Shown here: piece by piece, positions 18,103 through 28,350 of the stretch
How positions within the stretch are numbered: the stretch's first letter is position 1
How the letters are laid out: every line of letters begins with the position of its first letter
NCBI GenBank assembly: GCA_963663385.2
Contig: CAXXXD010000003.1
Location: 1,344,001 to 1,408,000 of the forward strand
Origin: Oceanispirochaeta sp.
GTDB lineage: Bacteria > Spirochaetota > Spirochaetia > DSM-2461
Length of the DNA: 64,000 nucleotides
Reading direction: 5' to 3'
Notes under the pieces: generated by a model
What the model saw: the letters and a program-made list of their open reading frames with translations, nothing else
What the model was told of the DNA's origin: nothing
Database searches by the model: none
Made by a program: the position numbers and the translations under genes

Positions 18103-21100
18103 ATGAGCGATTTTTTCCGGATATTTGTGGAAAAAAAGCCTGGACACAATAGTGATTCCACGGCCTTGACCGATGATTTGAAAACAACCCTTGGGACAAG
18201 GGGATTATTGCGGGCCCGTATAGTTAATATATACGAATTGACGGGTCTTGAGGATGAAGCCTGCTGGAAGGTGACAAACTCAATTTTTTCCGAAGCCACT
18301 GCCGACCAGGTGTACACAACTGCACCGACCGAGGGAGTGGCTGATTTTTTTGGTATTGAATACCTGCCCGGTCAGTTCGACCAGAGGGCCGATTCTGCTG
18401 CTCAGTGCATCCACCTGATATATCCTGAATGGTCAGGTGTAGTGCGCAGCAGCAGGATGATCCTTCTGGAGGGCTCTATCAGCCCCGACGAACTGGTTAG
18501 AATCAAGAGTTACTGCATAAACCCGGTTGAATCCCGCGAAAAAGATATGAACAGTCACTCCCTGTTTGATCTGGGCTCCAAAGCCGAGGCTGTACCGGAA
18601 CTGGAGAATTTTATTACCCTTTCCGATACAGACCTTGATTGCCTGCGTATTGAGATGGGTCTTGCCATGACAACGGAGGACCTGAAGTTCTGCAGGAACT
18701 ATTTCCGCAATGAAGAAAGACGGAATCCCGGAGAAACGGAGATTCGGGTTCTGGATACCTACTGGTCGGATCACTGCCGCCATACAACCTTTGAGACAGA
18801 ACTGAAGGATATTACCATCCCAGCCGGTGCTTTTCAGCAAACCCTGCAAAACAGTTTAGATCATTACCACTCCATCAGGGAGAAACTGGGCCGGACGGAA
18901 AAGCCCCTTACTCTTATGGATCTGGCTACCATATCCGGAAAAAGGCTGAGAGCTGAAGGCCTTCTGGATGATTTGGAGGTTTCCGAGGAAATTAATGCCT
19001 GCAGCGTTCGCATTAAAGTTGATGTGGACGGCAGAGAAGAGCCCTGGCTCCTTATGTTTAAAAACGAAACACACAACCACCCGACGGAGATTGAGCCCTT
19101 TGGAGGGGCATCAACCTGTATTGGCGGCGCAATAAGAGATCCGCTATCGGGACGATCGTATGTCTATCAGGCTATGCGGATTACCGGAAGCGGTGATCCC
19201 ACGGAATCCCTTGAAGACACAATGAAAGGAAAGCTGCCTCAGAAATACATCAGCCGGACTGCAGCTCACGGCTATAGTTCCTACGGTAACCAGATTGGCC
19301 TGGCAACTTCTTTTGTCAAAGAAATCTATCATCCCGGCTATAAAGCCAAAAGAATGGAAGTCGGAGCGGTTGTCGGAGCGGTACCCGAATACATGGTCAG
19401 AAGGGAAACTCCAGCCCCAGGTGATACCATTATTCTGATAGGGGGAAAAACAGGTCGGGACGGCTGCGGCGGCGCAACCGGGTCTTCCAAGGAACACACC
19501 ACAGAATCCCTTCAGACCTGCTCGGCGGAAGTTCAGAAAGGGAATGCTCCCGAAGAAAGAAAAATCCAGCGGCTTTTTCGAAATCCTGCGGTTACTGAGC
19601 TTATAAAAAAATGTAATGACTTTGGTGCCGGAGGCGTCTCTGTCGCAATAGGTGAACTGAGTGACGGACTTGTAATCAATCTGGATAAAGTTCCTGTCAA
19701 ATATACCGGTTTGAATGGAACCGAGCTCGCCATTTCCGAATCACAGGAGAGAATGGCGGTAGTAACCGCTCCCGAAGATGCGGAATCCCTGATTCAGATG
19801 GCAGCGGAAGAAAACCTGGACGCCACTCTTGTTGCCCATGTCAGTGAAGAAAAAAGACTTGTCATGACATGGCAGGGGAATACCCTGGTAAACCTGAGTC
19901 GTGCTTTTCTGGATACAAACGGTGTCCGTTCCGAAAATGCCGTTTCCCTGCCTGAAGTAGATCTTTCCCGGAACCCCTTCAACCGGGAAGTTCCCGGCAA
20001 CAACAATGATGAAAGATTTCTGAATAATCTGAAGGATTTAAATGTCTGCTCCCAGAGAGGGCTTACAGAAATGTTTGATGCCTCTATCGGTTCCGCTACA
20101 GTACATATGCCCTATGGCGGATCAAATCAGCTTTCAGAATCGGATGTGTCCATCCATAAACTGCCCGTTCCTTCAGGAAAGACGGAAACCTGCAGTTTCA
20201 TGGCCTATGGATATGATCCGGACATTTTCAGCTGGAGTCCCTTCCACGGGAGCATTTACAGTGTTGTCTGCTCTCTGGTTAAGCTGGCTGCTTCAGGAGG
20301 CTCCTGGAAAACAGCAAGGCTTAGTTTTCAGGAGTACTTCAAACGCCTTGGAAAAGATCCTGAAAACTGGGGGCTTCCTTTTGCCGCGCTTCTGGGGGCA
20401 ATGGAAGCTCAGGAGAAAATGGCTGTCCCAGCCATCGGCGGCAAAGACAGTATGTCGGGATCGTTCCATGACATACACGTCCCCCCGACGCTTATCTCAT
20501 TTGCCGTTACAACCGGAAAAATCTGTCGGACAGTTTCCACGGATTTTAAAAAAACCGGCAGTACAGTTTATTATATGCCCCTTGCTGTTGACAAACAGTT
20601 CATACCGGTTTGGGACACCCTGAAAGAAAACCTGAACTATTATGAATCCAAGGTTTGGGAACAGGCTGTTCTATCCGCTTCCGTACTGAAAAAAGGCGGA
20701 ATAGGTGAAGTTCTCTTTAAAATGGGGATAGGGAATGGAATAGGATTCCGGGGCGGGAATGTCAGTGTTCCCTTATTTGACAGTCTGCCTGGAGGAATTG
20801 TATTTGAATCGTCTGATAAAAAACTTCAGCTGGAATATTCCAATCTTGTGGTTCTGGGAGAGACCTGCAGAGAGCCCTCTATCATATGGCTGGATACGGA
20901 AGTAAGCCTGAAGTCCTGTCTGAAAGCCTGGAAGGAACCTCTGAATTCCGTTTTCCCGGATTATAGGGATGAAAAGGTTTCAACGCCTCTTGTTCAGGAT
21001 TTTTCAGCACCCCTGTGCAAAGGATCTGCCGGACAAAAGGCTGTCCCCCTTGTCTACATACCTGTATTCCCCGGAACCAACTGCGAATATGATACAGCAA

Positions 21101-21837
21101 GATCCTTCAGAAACGCCGGAGCGGATACGGATTTAACGGTTTTCCGGAACAGAGACAAGAGCGACGTTATTTCATCCTTGAATGAGATGGCAGATCATAT
21201 CAGAAAGGCACAGATTCTGATGCTTTCCGGAGGGTTCTCTGCAGGTGACGAACCGGAGGGATCGGGGAAATTCATTGCAACGGTACTGAAAAACCCGGCC
21301 ATTGCCGCTGCTGTGGAAGACCTTCTTGAAAGGGACGGGTTAATCCTGGGAATCTGTAACGGATTTCAGGCTCTTATCAAGTCCGGATTACTACCGTACG
21401 GCCATGTAATGGATATACCCGAATCAGCACCGACACTTGCCAGGAACAGTATAAACAGGCATATATCACGCATGGTAACCACCAGGGTATGCAGTATCGG
21501 ATCCCCCTGGACATCGCTGATGAAAACCGGAGACTGCCATCAGATAGCCATTTCTCACGGAGAAGGACGGTTTACAGCTCCTGAAGCATTTATCAGAGAG
21601 CTGGAAAAGAAGGGTCAGATTGCCTTTCAGTACTGTAATGCCGCAGGAGAAGCCGACATGAATCCGATTGTAAATCCAAACGGATCGGATTTCGCAATTG
21701 AAGGCATCACATCCCCCTGTGGAAAAATCATGGGAAAGATGGGACATACTGAACGCTATACATCAGATAATTTCCGGAATATTCCCGGTGTAAAATACCA
21801 GCCCCTGTTTAAATCGGGTGTGGAATACTTTAACTGA
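18103..21837 (+). CDS. purL: Phosphoribosylformylglycinamidine synthase, single-chain form
   Basis: DTYWSDHCRH, KNETHNHPT, GGKDSMSG, C-terminal glutaminase FPGTNCE, GICNGFQ, KMGHTER. Confidence 0.96.
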   Translation: MSDFFRIFVEKKPGHNSDSTALTDDLKTTLGTRGLLRARIVNIYELTGLEDEACWKVTNSIFSEATADQVYTTAPTEGVADFFGIEYLPGQFDQRADSAAQCIHLIYPEWSGVVRSSRMILLEGSISPDELVRIKSYCINPVESREKDMNSHSLFDLGSKAEAVPELENFITLSDTDLDCLRIEMGLAMTTEDLKFCRNYFRNEERRNPGETEIRVLDTYWSDHCRHTTFETELKDITIPAGAFQQTLQNSLDHYHSIREKLGRTEKPLTLMDLATISGKRLRAEGLLDDLEVSEEINACSVRIKVDVDGREEPWLLMFKNETHNHPTEIEPFGGASTCIGGAIRDPLSGRSYVYQAMRITGSGDPTESLEDTMKGKLPQKYISRTAAHGYSSYGNQIGLATSFVKEIYHPGYKAKRMEVGAVVGAVPEYMVRRETPAPGDTIILIGGKTGRDGCGGATGSSKEHTTESLQTCSAEVQKGNAPEERKIQRLFRNPAVTELIKKCNDFGAGGVSVAIGELSDGLVINLDKVPVKYTGLNGTELAISESQERMAVVTAPEDAESLIQMAAEENLDATLVAHVSEEKRLVMTWQGNTLVNLSRAFLDTNGVRSENAVSLPEVDLSRNPFNREVPGNNNDERFLNNLKDLNVCSQRGLTEMFDASIGSATVHMPYGGSNQLSESDVSIHKLPVPSGKTETCSFMAYGYDPDIFSWSPFHGSIYSVVCSLVKLAASGGSWKTARLSFQEYFKRLGKDPENWGLPFAALLGAMEAQEKMAVPAIGGKDSMSGSFHDIHVPPTLISFAVTTGKICRTVSTDFKKTGSTVYYMPLAVDKQFIPVWDTLKENLNYYESKVWEQAVLSASVLKKGGIGEVLFKMGIGNGIGFRGGNVSVPLFDSLPGGIVFESSDKKLQLEYSNLVVLGETCREPSIIWLDTEVSLKSCLKAWKEPLNSVFPDYRDEKVSTPLVQDFSAPLCKGSAGQKAVPLVYIPVFPGTNCEYDTARSFRNAGADTDLTVFRNRDKSDVISSLNEMADHIRKAQILMLSGGFSAGDEPEGSGKFIATVLKNPAIAAAVEDLLERDGLILGICNGFQALIKSGLLPYGHVMDIPESAPTLARNSINRHISRMVTTRVCSIGSPWTSLMKTGDCHQIAISHGEGRFTAPEAFIRELEKKGQIAFQYCNAAGEADMNPIVNPNGSDFAIEGITSPCGKIMGKMGHTERYTSDNFRNIPGVKYQPLFKSGVEYFN

Positions 21838-21857
21838 AAGACTGTGAGGAGTTTAAT

Positions 21858-22337
21858 ATGAAAGGTGCCATTATATTCGGAAGCCGTTCCGACCTGGACA
21901 AAATGAAGGGAGCGGCAACCTGTCTGAAAGAATTCGGAATCGGGTATGAAGCCCATATCCTGTCGGCACACAGGGTACCCGAGCGTCTGGAGGAAGTCCT
22001 GAACAAGCTGGAAGGCGAAGGCTGTGAATTTATTATTGCCGGTGCAGGGCTGGCCGCCCATCTCCCCGGGGTTATAGCTTCCAAAACAATCCTGCCTGTT
22101 ATAGGGGTTCCATTAAATGCCGCATTTGAGGGCATGGATGCCCTGTTTTCTATTGTTCAGATGCCCAAATCCATCCCTGTGGCAACAGTAGGTGTAAATA
22201 ATTCCTACAATGCGGCCATGCTGGCTGTTCAGATTCTGGCTGTAAAATACCCTGAGCTGAAACAGAAACTGATAAAATTCAGAACTGATATGAAAGCAAA
22301 ATTCATTGAAGATAATTCGGAAGGTGTTGAACTTTGA
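21858..22337 (+). CDS. purE: PurE (N5-CAIR mutase / AIR carboxylase)
   Basis: GSRSD, SAHR, AGLAAHLPG, SIVQMP..IPVATV. Confidence 0.96.
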   Translation: MKGAIIFGSRSDLDKMKGAATCLKEFGIGYEAHILSAHRVPERLEEVLNKLEGEGCEFIIAGAGLAAHLPGVIASKTILPVIGVPLNAAFEGMDALFSIVQMPKSIPVATVGVNNSYNAAMLAVQILAVKYPELKQKLIKFRTDMKAKFIEDNSEGVEL

Positions 22338-22365
22338 TTAAACTGATCTGGAGAGAGCATTAAAT

Positions 22366-23739
22366 ATGAATGATGATAAACTACATGAAGAGTGCGGGGT
22401 TTTCGGTGTCTATTCCAATAAAGACTGTCCTGCGGCTGAAATTACCTATCTCGGTCTGCTGGGTTTGCAGCACAGGGGGCAGGAGAGTGCAGGAATAACC
22501 ATAATCAATGATGAGGGTATGACAACCCGCAAGGGAATGGGACTTGTTTCTGAAGTGTTCCGCGATAACGCCATCAGGGAACTGAACGGCGGAAACATGG
22601 CTATCGGGCATGTCAGATATTCCACCACTGGAAACAGCAACCTGACCAATGCGCAGCCCCTGGAGGGGCATTGCCGTATGGGATCACTGGCTGTCGCTCA
22701 CAATGGAAACCTTGTTAACTCCGATATTATCCGGGAACTGATGGAAGACGGCGGCGCTATTTTCCAGACAACAAGCGATACGGAAGTTATTCTCAACATG
22801 ATAGCCAGAGGGGCTTCCAAAGGAATTGAAAAAGCCCTGAGGAGTACGGCCAAAGCCATTAAGGGCTCTTATGCAATTGTTCTGTTTATTGACAATAAAC
22901 TGATAGGTATCCGGGATCCTCACGGAATCCGCCCCCTCTGTCTGGGAAAGATGGAGGACTGCTGGATCCTTTCATCGGAATCCTGTGCACTCAATACGGT
23001 AGGCGCCGATTATATACGGGATCTGGAACCGGGAGAGATTGTTGTCATTGATGAGAATGGTGTGAGTTCACTGGGACATGATGAAACCAGCAAGCTTTCC
23101 ACCTGTATCTTTGAATATATCTATTTTGCCAGACCCGACAGTCAGATTGACGGTATCAATGTGTATGAAGCCCGGAAAAGATGCGGAGCTGAGATTTACA
23201 AAGAGAATCCTCAGGAGGCGGATGTTGTTGTTCCTGTACCCGATTCGGGTATATCTGCTGCTCAGGGATACTCGGAAGCATCAGGTATACCCTTTGAAAT
23301 GGGTTTTATAAAAAACCGTTATATAGGGCGAACGTTTATTGCACCTTCCCAGGAAATGAGAGAAAAAGCTGTTTCCGTAAAACTGAATGTAATCAAATCC
23401 ATTGTAGAAGGTAAGCGGGTTGTACTGATCGACGATTCCATCGTAAGAGGAACCACAAGCCGGCACCTTGTTTCCCTGATCCGGAAGGCGGGAGCCAGAG
23501 AGGTTCACCTACGAATTGTATCTCCTCCGATTCTCTACTCCTGCTATTTCGGTATCGATACCCCTACATCAGAGGAACTGATAGCCAGTGGTAAAAATAC
23601 CAGACAGATTTGTGAACAGATAGGCGCCGACAGCCTTGCCTATATCAGCCTTGACGGTTTAAACAGGGCCCTTGGAGAAGAAAGAGGGTACTGCAACGGT
23701 TGTATGACAGGCAACTATCCCCTGTCACCTAATAATTAA
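22366..23739 (+). CDS. purF: Amidophosphoribosyltransferase
   Basis: Propeptide EECGVFG, QHRGQE, GHVRYST, VLIDDSIVRGTT, Fe-S cysteines. Confidence 0.96.
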   Translation: MNDDKLHEECGVFGVYSNKDCPAAEITYLGLLGLQHRGQESAGITIINDEGMTTRKGMGLVSEVFRDNAIRELNGGNMAIGHVRYSTTGNSNLTNAQPLEGHCRMGSLAVAHNGNLVNSDIIRELMEDGGAIFQTTSDTEVILNMIARGASKGIEKALRSTAKAIKGSYAIVLFIDNKLIGIRDPHGIRPLCLGKMEDCWILSSESCALNTVGADYIRDLEPGEIVVIDENGVSSLGHDETSKLSTCIFEYIYFARPDSQIDGINVYEARKRCGAEIYKENPQEADVVVPVPDSGISAAQGYSEASGIPFEMGFIKNRYIGRTFIAPSQEMREKAVSVKLNVIKSIVEGKRVVLIDDSIVRGTTSRHLVSLIRKAGAREVHLRIVSPPILYSCYFGIDTPTSEELIASGKNTRQICEQIGADSLAYISLDGLNRALGEERGYCNGCMTGNYPLSPNN

Positions 23740-23758
23740 GAAATCAGGAGAATAGCGG

Positions 23759-24760
23759 ATGATTACATATAAAGATTCCGGAGTAGATAAGGAAGAGGGA
23801 TACAGGGCTGTTGACCTGATCAAATCCAAAGTGGCTGAAACACATAACGGGAATGTTCTGACGGGCCTGGGAAGCTTTGCCTCCCTTTACGCCCTGAAAA
23901 ACTATAAAAATCCCGTTCTGGTTTCTGGAACAGACGGGGTGGGAACCAAACTGGCTCTGGCTTTTCAGAAGAAAGTGTACGACACGGTTGGCCAGGACTG
24001 CTTTGCCATGTGCGCCAACGATATACTATGCCAGGGGGCCAAACCCCTCTTCTTTCTGGATTACCTGGCATGCGGGAAACTGGATGCTGAAGTTTCCAGT
24101 CAGCTTGTCATTGGAATGGCGGAAGCCTGTAAAGCAGCGGACTGCAGTCTGGTGGGAGGAGAAACCGCTGAGATGCCCGGTTTTTATAAAGACGGTGATT
24201 ATGATATGGCCGGTTTCTGTGTAGGGGTTGTTGAACAGGACAGGATTATCAACGGAACCACTGTCAAAGAGGGGGATATCCTTCTCGGGCTGGGTTCCAA
24301 CGGTGTACACAGCAACGGCTTCAGCCTTGTCCGCAGACTTGTGGATAACCCTGATGAAGATTTCCAGGGGAGTCCGGTTTACCGGGAGCTTCTGAAACCG
24401 ACCAGAGTTTATGTTTCCTCTATTCTATCCGCACTGGATCAGTTCAGGGATGGGATACATGGTATGGCTCATATTACCGGAGGCGGTCTGCCCGAGAATC
24501 TCCCCCGGACGATTCCCGAAGGACTCTGTGCTGAAGTAGATAAAACATCAGTCCCCGTCCTCCCCATCTTCCGTTTCCTTGAAAAGAAGGGTGTTCCCGA
24601 GGATGAGATGTGGGGAACCTTCAATATGGGAATAGGTTTTGTTCTTGTTGTAGATCCCGCTAAAGAGAAAGAGATCAGCCGCCATCTTGTCGAATCCGGG
24701 GAATCTGTTCATATCCTGGGAAAAATTACAACCGGCGATAAAAAGATATGTTTAAAATAG
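23759..24760 (+). CDS. purM: AIR synthetase
   Basis: YKDSGVD, TDGVGTK, GGETAEMPG, HSNGFS, HITGGG, TFNMG. Confidence 0.96.
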   Translation: MITYKDSGVDKEEGYRAVDLIKSKVAETHNGNVLTGLGSFASLYALKNYKNPVLVSGTDGVGTKLALAFQKKVYDTVGQDCFAMCANDILCQGAKPLFFLDYLACGKLDAEVSSQLVIGMAEACKAADCSLVGGETAEMPGFYKDGDYDMAGFCVGVVEQDRIINGTTVKEGDILLGLGSNGVHSNGFSLVRRLVDNPDEDFQGSPVYRELLKPTRVYVSSILSALDQFRDGIHGMAHITGGGLPENLPRTIPEGLCAEVDKTSVPVLPIFRFLEKKGVPEDEMWGTFNMGIGFVLVVDPAKEKEISRHLVESGESVHILGKITTGDKKICLK

Positions 24761-25332
24761 CTGTACTTGTATCCGGCGGAGGCAGCAACCTCCAATCCAT
24801 TATTGATGCGATAGAAAAAAAAGAGCTGATGGCTGAAATCTCAATAGTCATTGCCGACCGTCCGGCGGGCGGGTTAAAGAGGGCGGAAAAACATAGGATT
24901 CCCTCTGTACTTCTGGACCGCAAAAAGTATGGAAGTGATCTGAGTCAGGTTATATCTGATAATATTCCCGACGATACGGATTTGATCATACTGGCCGGTT
25001 ACCTTTCCATCCTTTCCAGGGATTTTATCAGGATATGGCAGGGGAAAATAATCAATATACACCCTGCGCTCCTTCCGGATTTCGGAGGAAAGGGCATGTA
25101 CGGCATGAATGTACATAAGGCTGTTATACAGGCAGGACGTACTGAAAGCGGTTGTACCGTGCATTATGTAGATACAGGAATCGACACAGGACATATTATC
25201 CTGCAGCGGACTGTAGATGTAAAACCCGATGATACTCCGGAAGATCTGCAGAAACGGGTTCTTGACCAGGAACATATACTACTGGTTGAAAGTATCGCCT
25301 ATATTATTGAGAATAAGAATCCTCGACCCTAG
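24748..25332 (+). CDS. purN: GAR formyltransferase
   Basis: SGGGSNLQ, LAGY, NIHPALLP, GCTVH, DTG. Confidence 0.95.
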   Translation: MFKIAVLVSGGGSNLQSIIDAIEKKELMAEISIVIADRPAGGLKRAEKHRIPSVLLDRKKYGSDLSQVISDNIPDDTDLIILAGYLSILSRDFIRIWQGKIINIHPALLPDFGGKGMYGMNVHKAVIQAGRTESGCTVHYVDTGIDTGHIILQRTVDVKPDDTPEDLQKRVLDQEHILLVESIAYIIENKNPRP

Positions 25333-25432
25333 GATCGAGGGATTCTTGTTCGGTAAAGTCGCCGCTGTCAGCGGCATAATTCGGGTTGAATCACGAGGCA
25401 AAGCCTCGGGGTATTTAGCCTTATTCCGAATA
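25311..25432. repeat. Palindromic insertion (REP / non-autonomous IS200-IS605-like) between purN and purH
   Basis: Three hairpins: 25311-25351, 25361-25375 and ~25377-25432 (core cgaggc-aaa-gcctcg). Confidence 0.55.
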
Positions 25433-25495
25433 AAGTGTCTCGGCAGAAGTGAAGGCTCACTACGTGCAGCACTATAAATTAACAGGAGAAAAACA

Positions 25496-26992
25496 TTGAA
25501 ACGAGCATTGATAAGTGTTTTTAAAAAAGACGGGATTCTGGAATTTTCACAATTCCTGAAAAGTCAGGGATGGGAGATCCTGTCGACGGGGGGAACCTAC
25601 AGACATCTGAAAGAGAATGGCCTGGAACCGATTGAAGTCTCCGCGTCCACAGGTGCTAAAGAGATGCTCGACGGCCGTGTAAAAACCCTCCACCCCATTA
25701 TTCACGGGGGAATCCTGGCCATCCGCTCCAATGAAGAACATATGAATACCCTGAAGGAAGAAAAAATTGAAACCATCGATATGGTTGTGGTAAATCTCTA
25801 TCCTTTCTTTGATGAGGTGGAATCGGATAAATCCTTCGAAGAGAAAATTGAATTTATCGATATCGGCGGACCTACCATGCTCCGTTCAGCAGCAAAGAAT
25901 TTCAATGATGTGACGGTTATCTGTGATCCTTCGGACTACGGGAGTGTGCAGAAAGAGATGGAAAAGGGCGATGTTTCTTTTGAAACGAAAAAGAAACTGG
26001 CCGGAAAGGTTTTCAACCTGACCGCAGCCTACGACGGAGCTATCAGCCAGTTTCTGCTGGGAGAAGGATCTACTCCCGAGTACTTTCACACATCCTTTAA
26101 AAAGGTTATGGATCTTCGTTACGGAGAAAATCCCCATCAGAAAGCCGCCTACTACGCCAAGACATGGGGAGAAGGCGCTCTTAAGGATTTCAAACAGCTG
26201 GGAGGCAAGGAACTTTCCTTCAATAACATCCGGGACATGGACGTAGCCTGGAAAATTGTCAATGAATTTGAAGAACTGGTCTGCTGCGGCCTGAAACACT
26301 CCACTCCCTGCGGTGTTGCACGGGGTACTTCAGCGGCAGATGCTTATGTTAAAGCCTATGAGTGCGACCCCATGTCTATTTTCGGAGGGATCGTAGCCAT
26401 TAACAGGGAAGTAACCGCAGAAGCGGCGAAAGAGATGGTCAAGATATTCCTTGAGATAGTTATTGCCCCCTCTTTTTCTGAAGAGGCCCTGGATATTCTT
26501 AAAAAGAAAAAGAACCTCCGTATTATACAGTGTGAGAAAGCTCCGGCCGATTCCCTGGAAATTGTAAAGGTTGACGGCGGTATCCTTGTGCAGGATGCGG
26601 ATCACTCCTTTTCAACTGATTTCGAGGTTGTAACGGACAAGGCACCTTCTGATGATCTGAAGGATGACCTTATTTTCGGGCAGAAAGTTGTTAAACATGT
26701 CAAATCCAATGCCATTGTTGTTGTAAAAGAGGGAATGGCTACCGGTATCGGAACGGGCCAGACAAACAGAATCTGGGCGGCACAGCAGGCTATCGAAAGG
26801 GCCGGAGACGGTGTTATCCTGGCATCAGATGCGTTCTTCCCATTTGATGATGTGGTTACACTCTGTTCCGAAAAAGGGATTCAAGCCATTATTCAACCCG
26901 GAGGATCCATGAGGGACGAAGACTCGATCAAGGCATGTAACAAATATGGGATCCCCATGATTTTTACAGGAATGCGTCACTTCAAACATTAA
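25496..26992 (+). CDS. purH: Bifunctional AICAR transformylase/IMP cyclohydrolase
   Basis: [48 protein letters not shown] start with AGGAG. Confidence 0.96.
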   Translation: MKRALISVFKKDGILEFSQFLKSQGWEILSTGGTYRHLKENGLEPIEVSASTGAKEMLDGRVKTLHPIIHGGILAIRSNEEHMNTLKEEKIETIDMVVVNLYPFFDEVESDKSFEEKIEFIDIGGPTMLRSAAKNFNDVTVICDPSDYGSVQKEMEKGDVSFETKKKLAGKVFNLTAAYDGAISQFLLGEGSTPEYFHTSFKKVMDLRYGENPHQKAAYYAKTWGEGALKDFKQLGGKELSFNNIRDMDVAWKIVNEFEELVCCGLKHSTPCGVARGTSAADAYVKAYECDPMSIFGGIVAINREVTAEAAKEMVKIFLEIVIAPSFSEEALDILKKKKNLRIIQCEKAPADSLEIVKVDGGILVQDADHSFSTDFEVVTDKAPSDDLKDDLIFGQKVVKHVKSNAIVVVKEGMATGIGTGQTNRIWAAQQAIERAGDGVILASDAFFPFDDVVTLCSEKGIQAIIQPGGSMRDEDSIKACNKYGIPMIFTGMRHFKH

Positions 26993-27019
26993 GATTCACC
27001 ATAGAACGGAGCAGAGACA

Positions 27020-28273
27020 ATGAAAATATTAGTAACAGGCAGCGGCGGACGGGAGCATGCTCTTATCCGTGCCCTGAACCGGAACAGCGCTGTTGATCAG
27101 ATCTACTGTGCCCCAGGCAACGGCGGGACGGCCGGAGAAGAAAAATGTCTGAATGTTCCCCTCACAGATCCCCGGGAACTGGCTGATTTTGCCGAGAAAA
27201 ACGGAGTGGATCTTGCGGTACCGGGTTCGGAGGATCTTCTGGTGGCGGGTATTGCCGATCTTTTCTCCGCAAAGGGCATTGCAGTACTCGGTCCCGGAAA
27301 AAATGCGGCCCGCCTGGAAGGCAGTAAATGCTTTGCCAAGGACTTTATGCTGAAATACGGGATAAAAACGGCCTCCTATAAGAATTTCACCTCCTATGAG
27401 GAAGCTTATTCCTGGCTTGATCACTGCCCTTATCCGACAGTTCTTAAAGCTGACGGCCTGGCTGCCGGAAAAGGCGTTCTAATCTGTCAGAACAGGGAAG
27501 AGGCTAAAAGGGGATTGAAGGAACTGATGGTGGATAAACAGTACGGAGATGCCGGTACCAGCATTGTAATTGAAGAGTTTCTGCAGGGTGTGGAAGCCTC
27601 GATTCTTTCCTTTTATGACGGGAATACCATACTACCTCTGCTCTCAGCCAAGGACCATAAAAGAATAGGTGAAAACGAAACAGGTCCCAATACGGGAGGC
27701 ATGGGCGTTATCGCTCCCAACCCTCATGTAAGCAGTGAAGTAAATGAGATGTTTATACGGGATATTATGAATCCGACCCTGAAAGGTCTTAAAAAAGAAC
27801 AGCTGACCTTTTCCGGGATAATTTTCTTTGGCCTTATGATAACTGACAGGGGAACCTACCTTCTTGAATACAACCTCCGGATGGGAGATCCTGAAACACA
27901 GGCGGTTTTGAACCTTCTGGATTCAGATCTCCTCACCCTTATCCGGGCCTGTACCGAGGGTCGTTTATCAGAAACAACGCCGGAATGGAAGAAAGGATCG
28001 GCCTGCTGTGTCGTTCTTGCATCGGGAGGATACCCGGGATCCTACAATAAGGGATACGAAATTTCGGGGATAGGTAAAACGGACTGTTCTGTTTATATAG
28101 CAGGTGCACAGGATAAAAATGGTACCCTGATAACCAGCGGGGGAAGGGTTCTCAATGTAGTTGCAACCGGTTCGACACTGGATGAAGCCAGAAAAAAAGC
28201 CTATGACAATATTGATAAGATCAATTTTCAGAATAAAGTATACCGCCGGGATATAGGCGGAACTGTAATATAA
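27020..28273 (+). CDS. purD: GAR synthetase
   Basis: GSGGREHA, LEGSK, KADGLAAGKGV, GPNTGGMG, GDPETQ, GGRVL. Confidence 0.96.
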   Translation: MKILVTGSGGREHALIRALNRNSAVDQIYCAPGNGGTAGEEKCLNVPLTDPRELADFAEKNGVDLAVPGSEDLLVAGIADLFSAKGIAVLGPGKNAARLEGSKCFAKDFMLKYGIKTASYKNFTSYEEAYSWLDHCPYPTVLKADGLAAGKGVLICQNREEAKRGLKELMVDKQYGDAGTSIVIEEFLQGVEASILSFYDGNTILPLLSAKDHKRIGENETGPNTGGMGVIAPNPHVSSEVNEMFIRDIMNPTLKGLKKEQLTFSGIIFFGLMITDRGTYLLEYNLRMGDPETQAVLNLLDSDLLTLIRACTEGRLSETTPEWKKGSACCVVLASGGYPGSYNKGYEISGIGKTDCSVYIAGAQDKNGTLITSGGRVLNVVATGSTLDEARKKAYDNIDKINFQNKVYRRDIGGTVI

Positions 28274-28301
28274 AACAGATTTATTCAATTAACAACCGAC
28301 A

Positions 28302-28347
28302 GACCGCCCCGGTCTTGCAGCAATAATGCTGATCGGGGTAGTTTTTT
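28302..28347 (+). terminator. Probable terminator of the pur operon
   Basis: gccccggtc...gatcggggt stem followed by a T run. Confidence 0.55.
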
Positions 28348-28350
28348 CAT

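Noticed and set aside
17865..18317. 150-aa minus-strand ORF across the purL start
   Set aside because: Overlaps the riboswitch and purL in antisense; no coding signature
25229..25477. 82-aa ORF spanning the purN-purH junction
   Set aside because: Alternate frame through purN and the palindromic element; no RBS or motif
25333..25495. ZMP/ZTP riboswitch upstream of purH
   Set aside because: The expected GACUGGCG and CGxCUGGGC motifs are absent; the region looks like palindromic repeats
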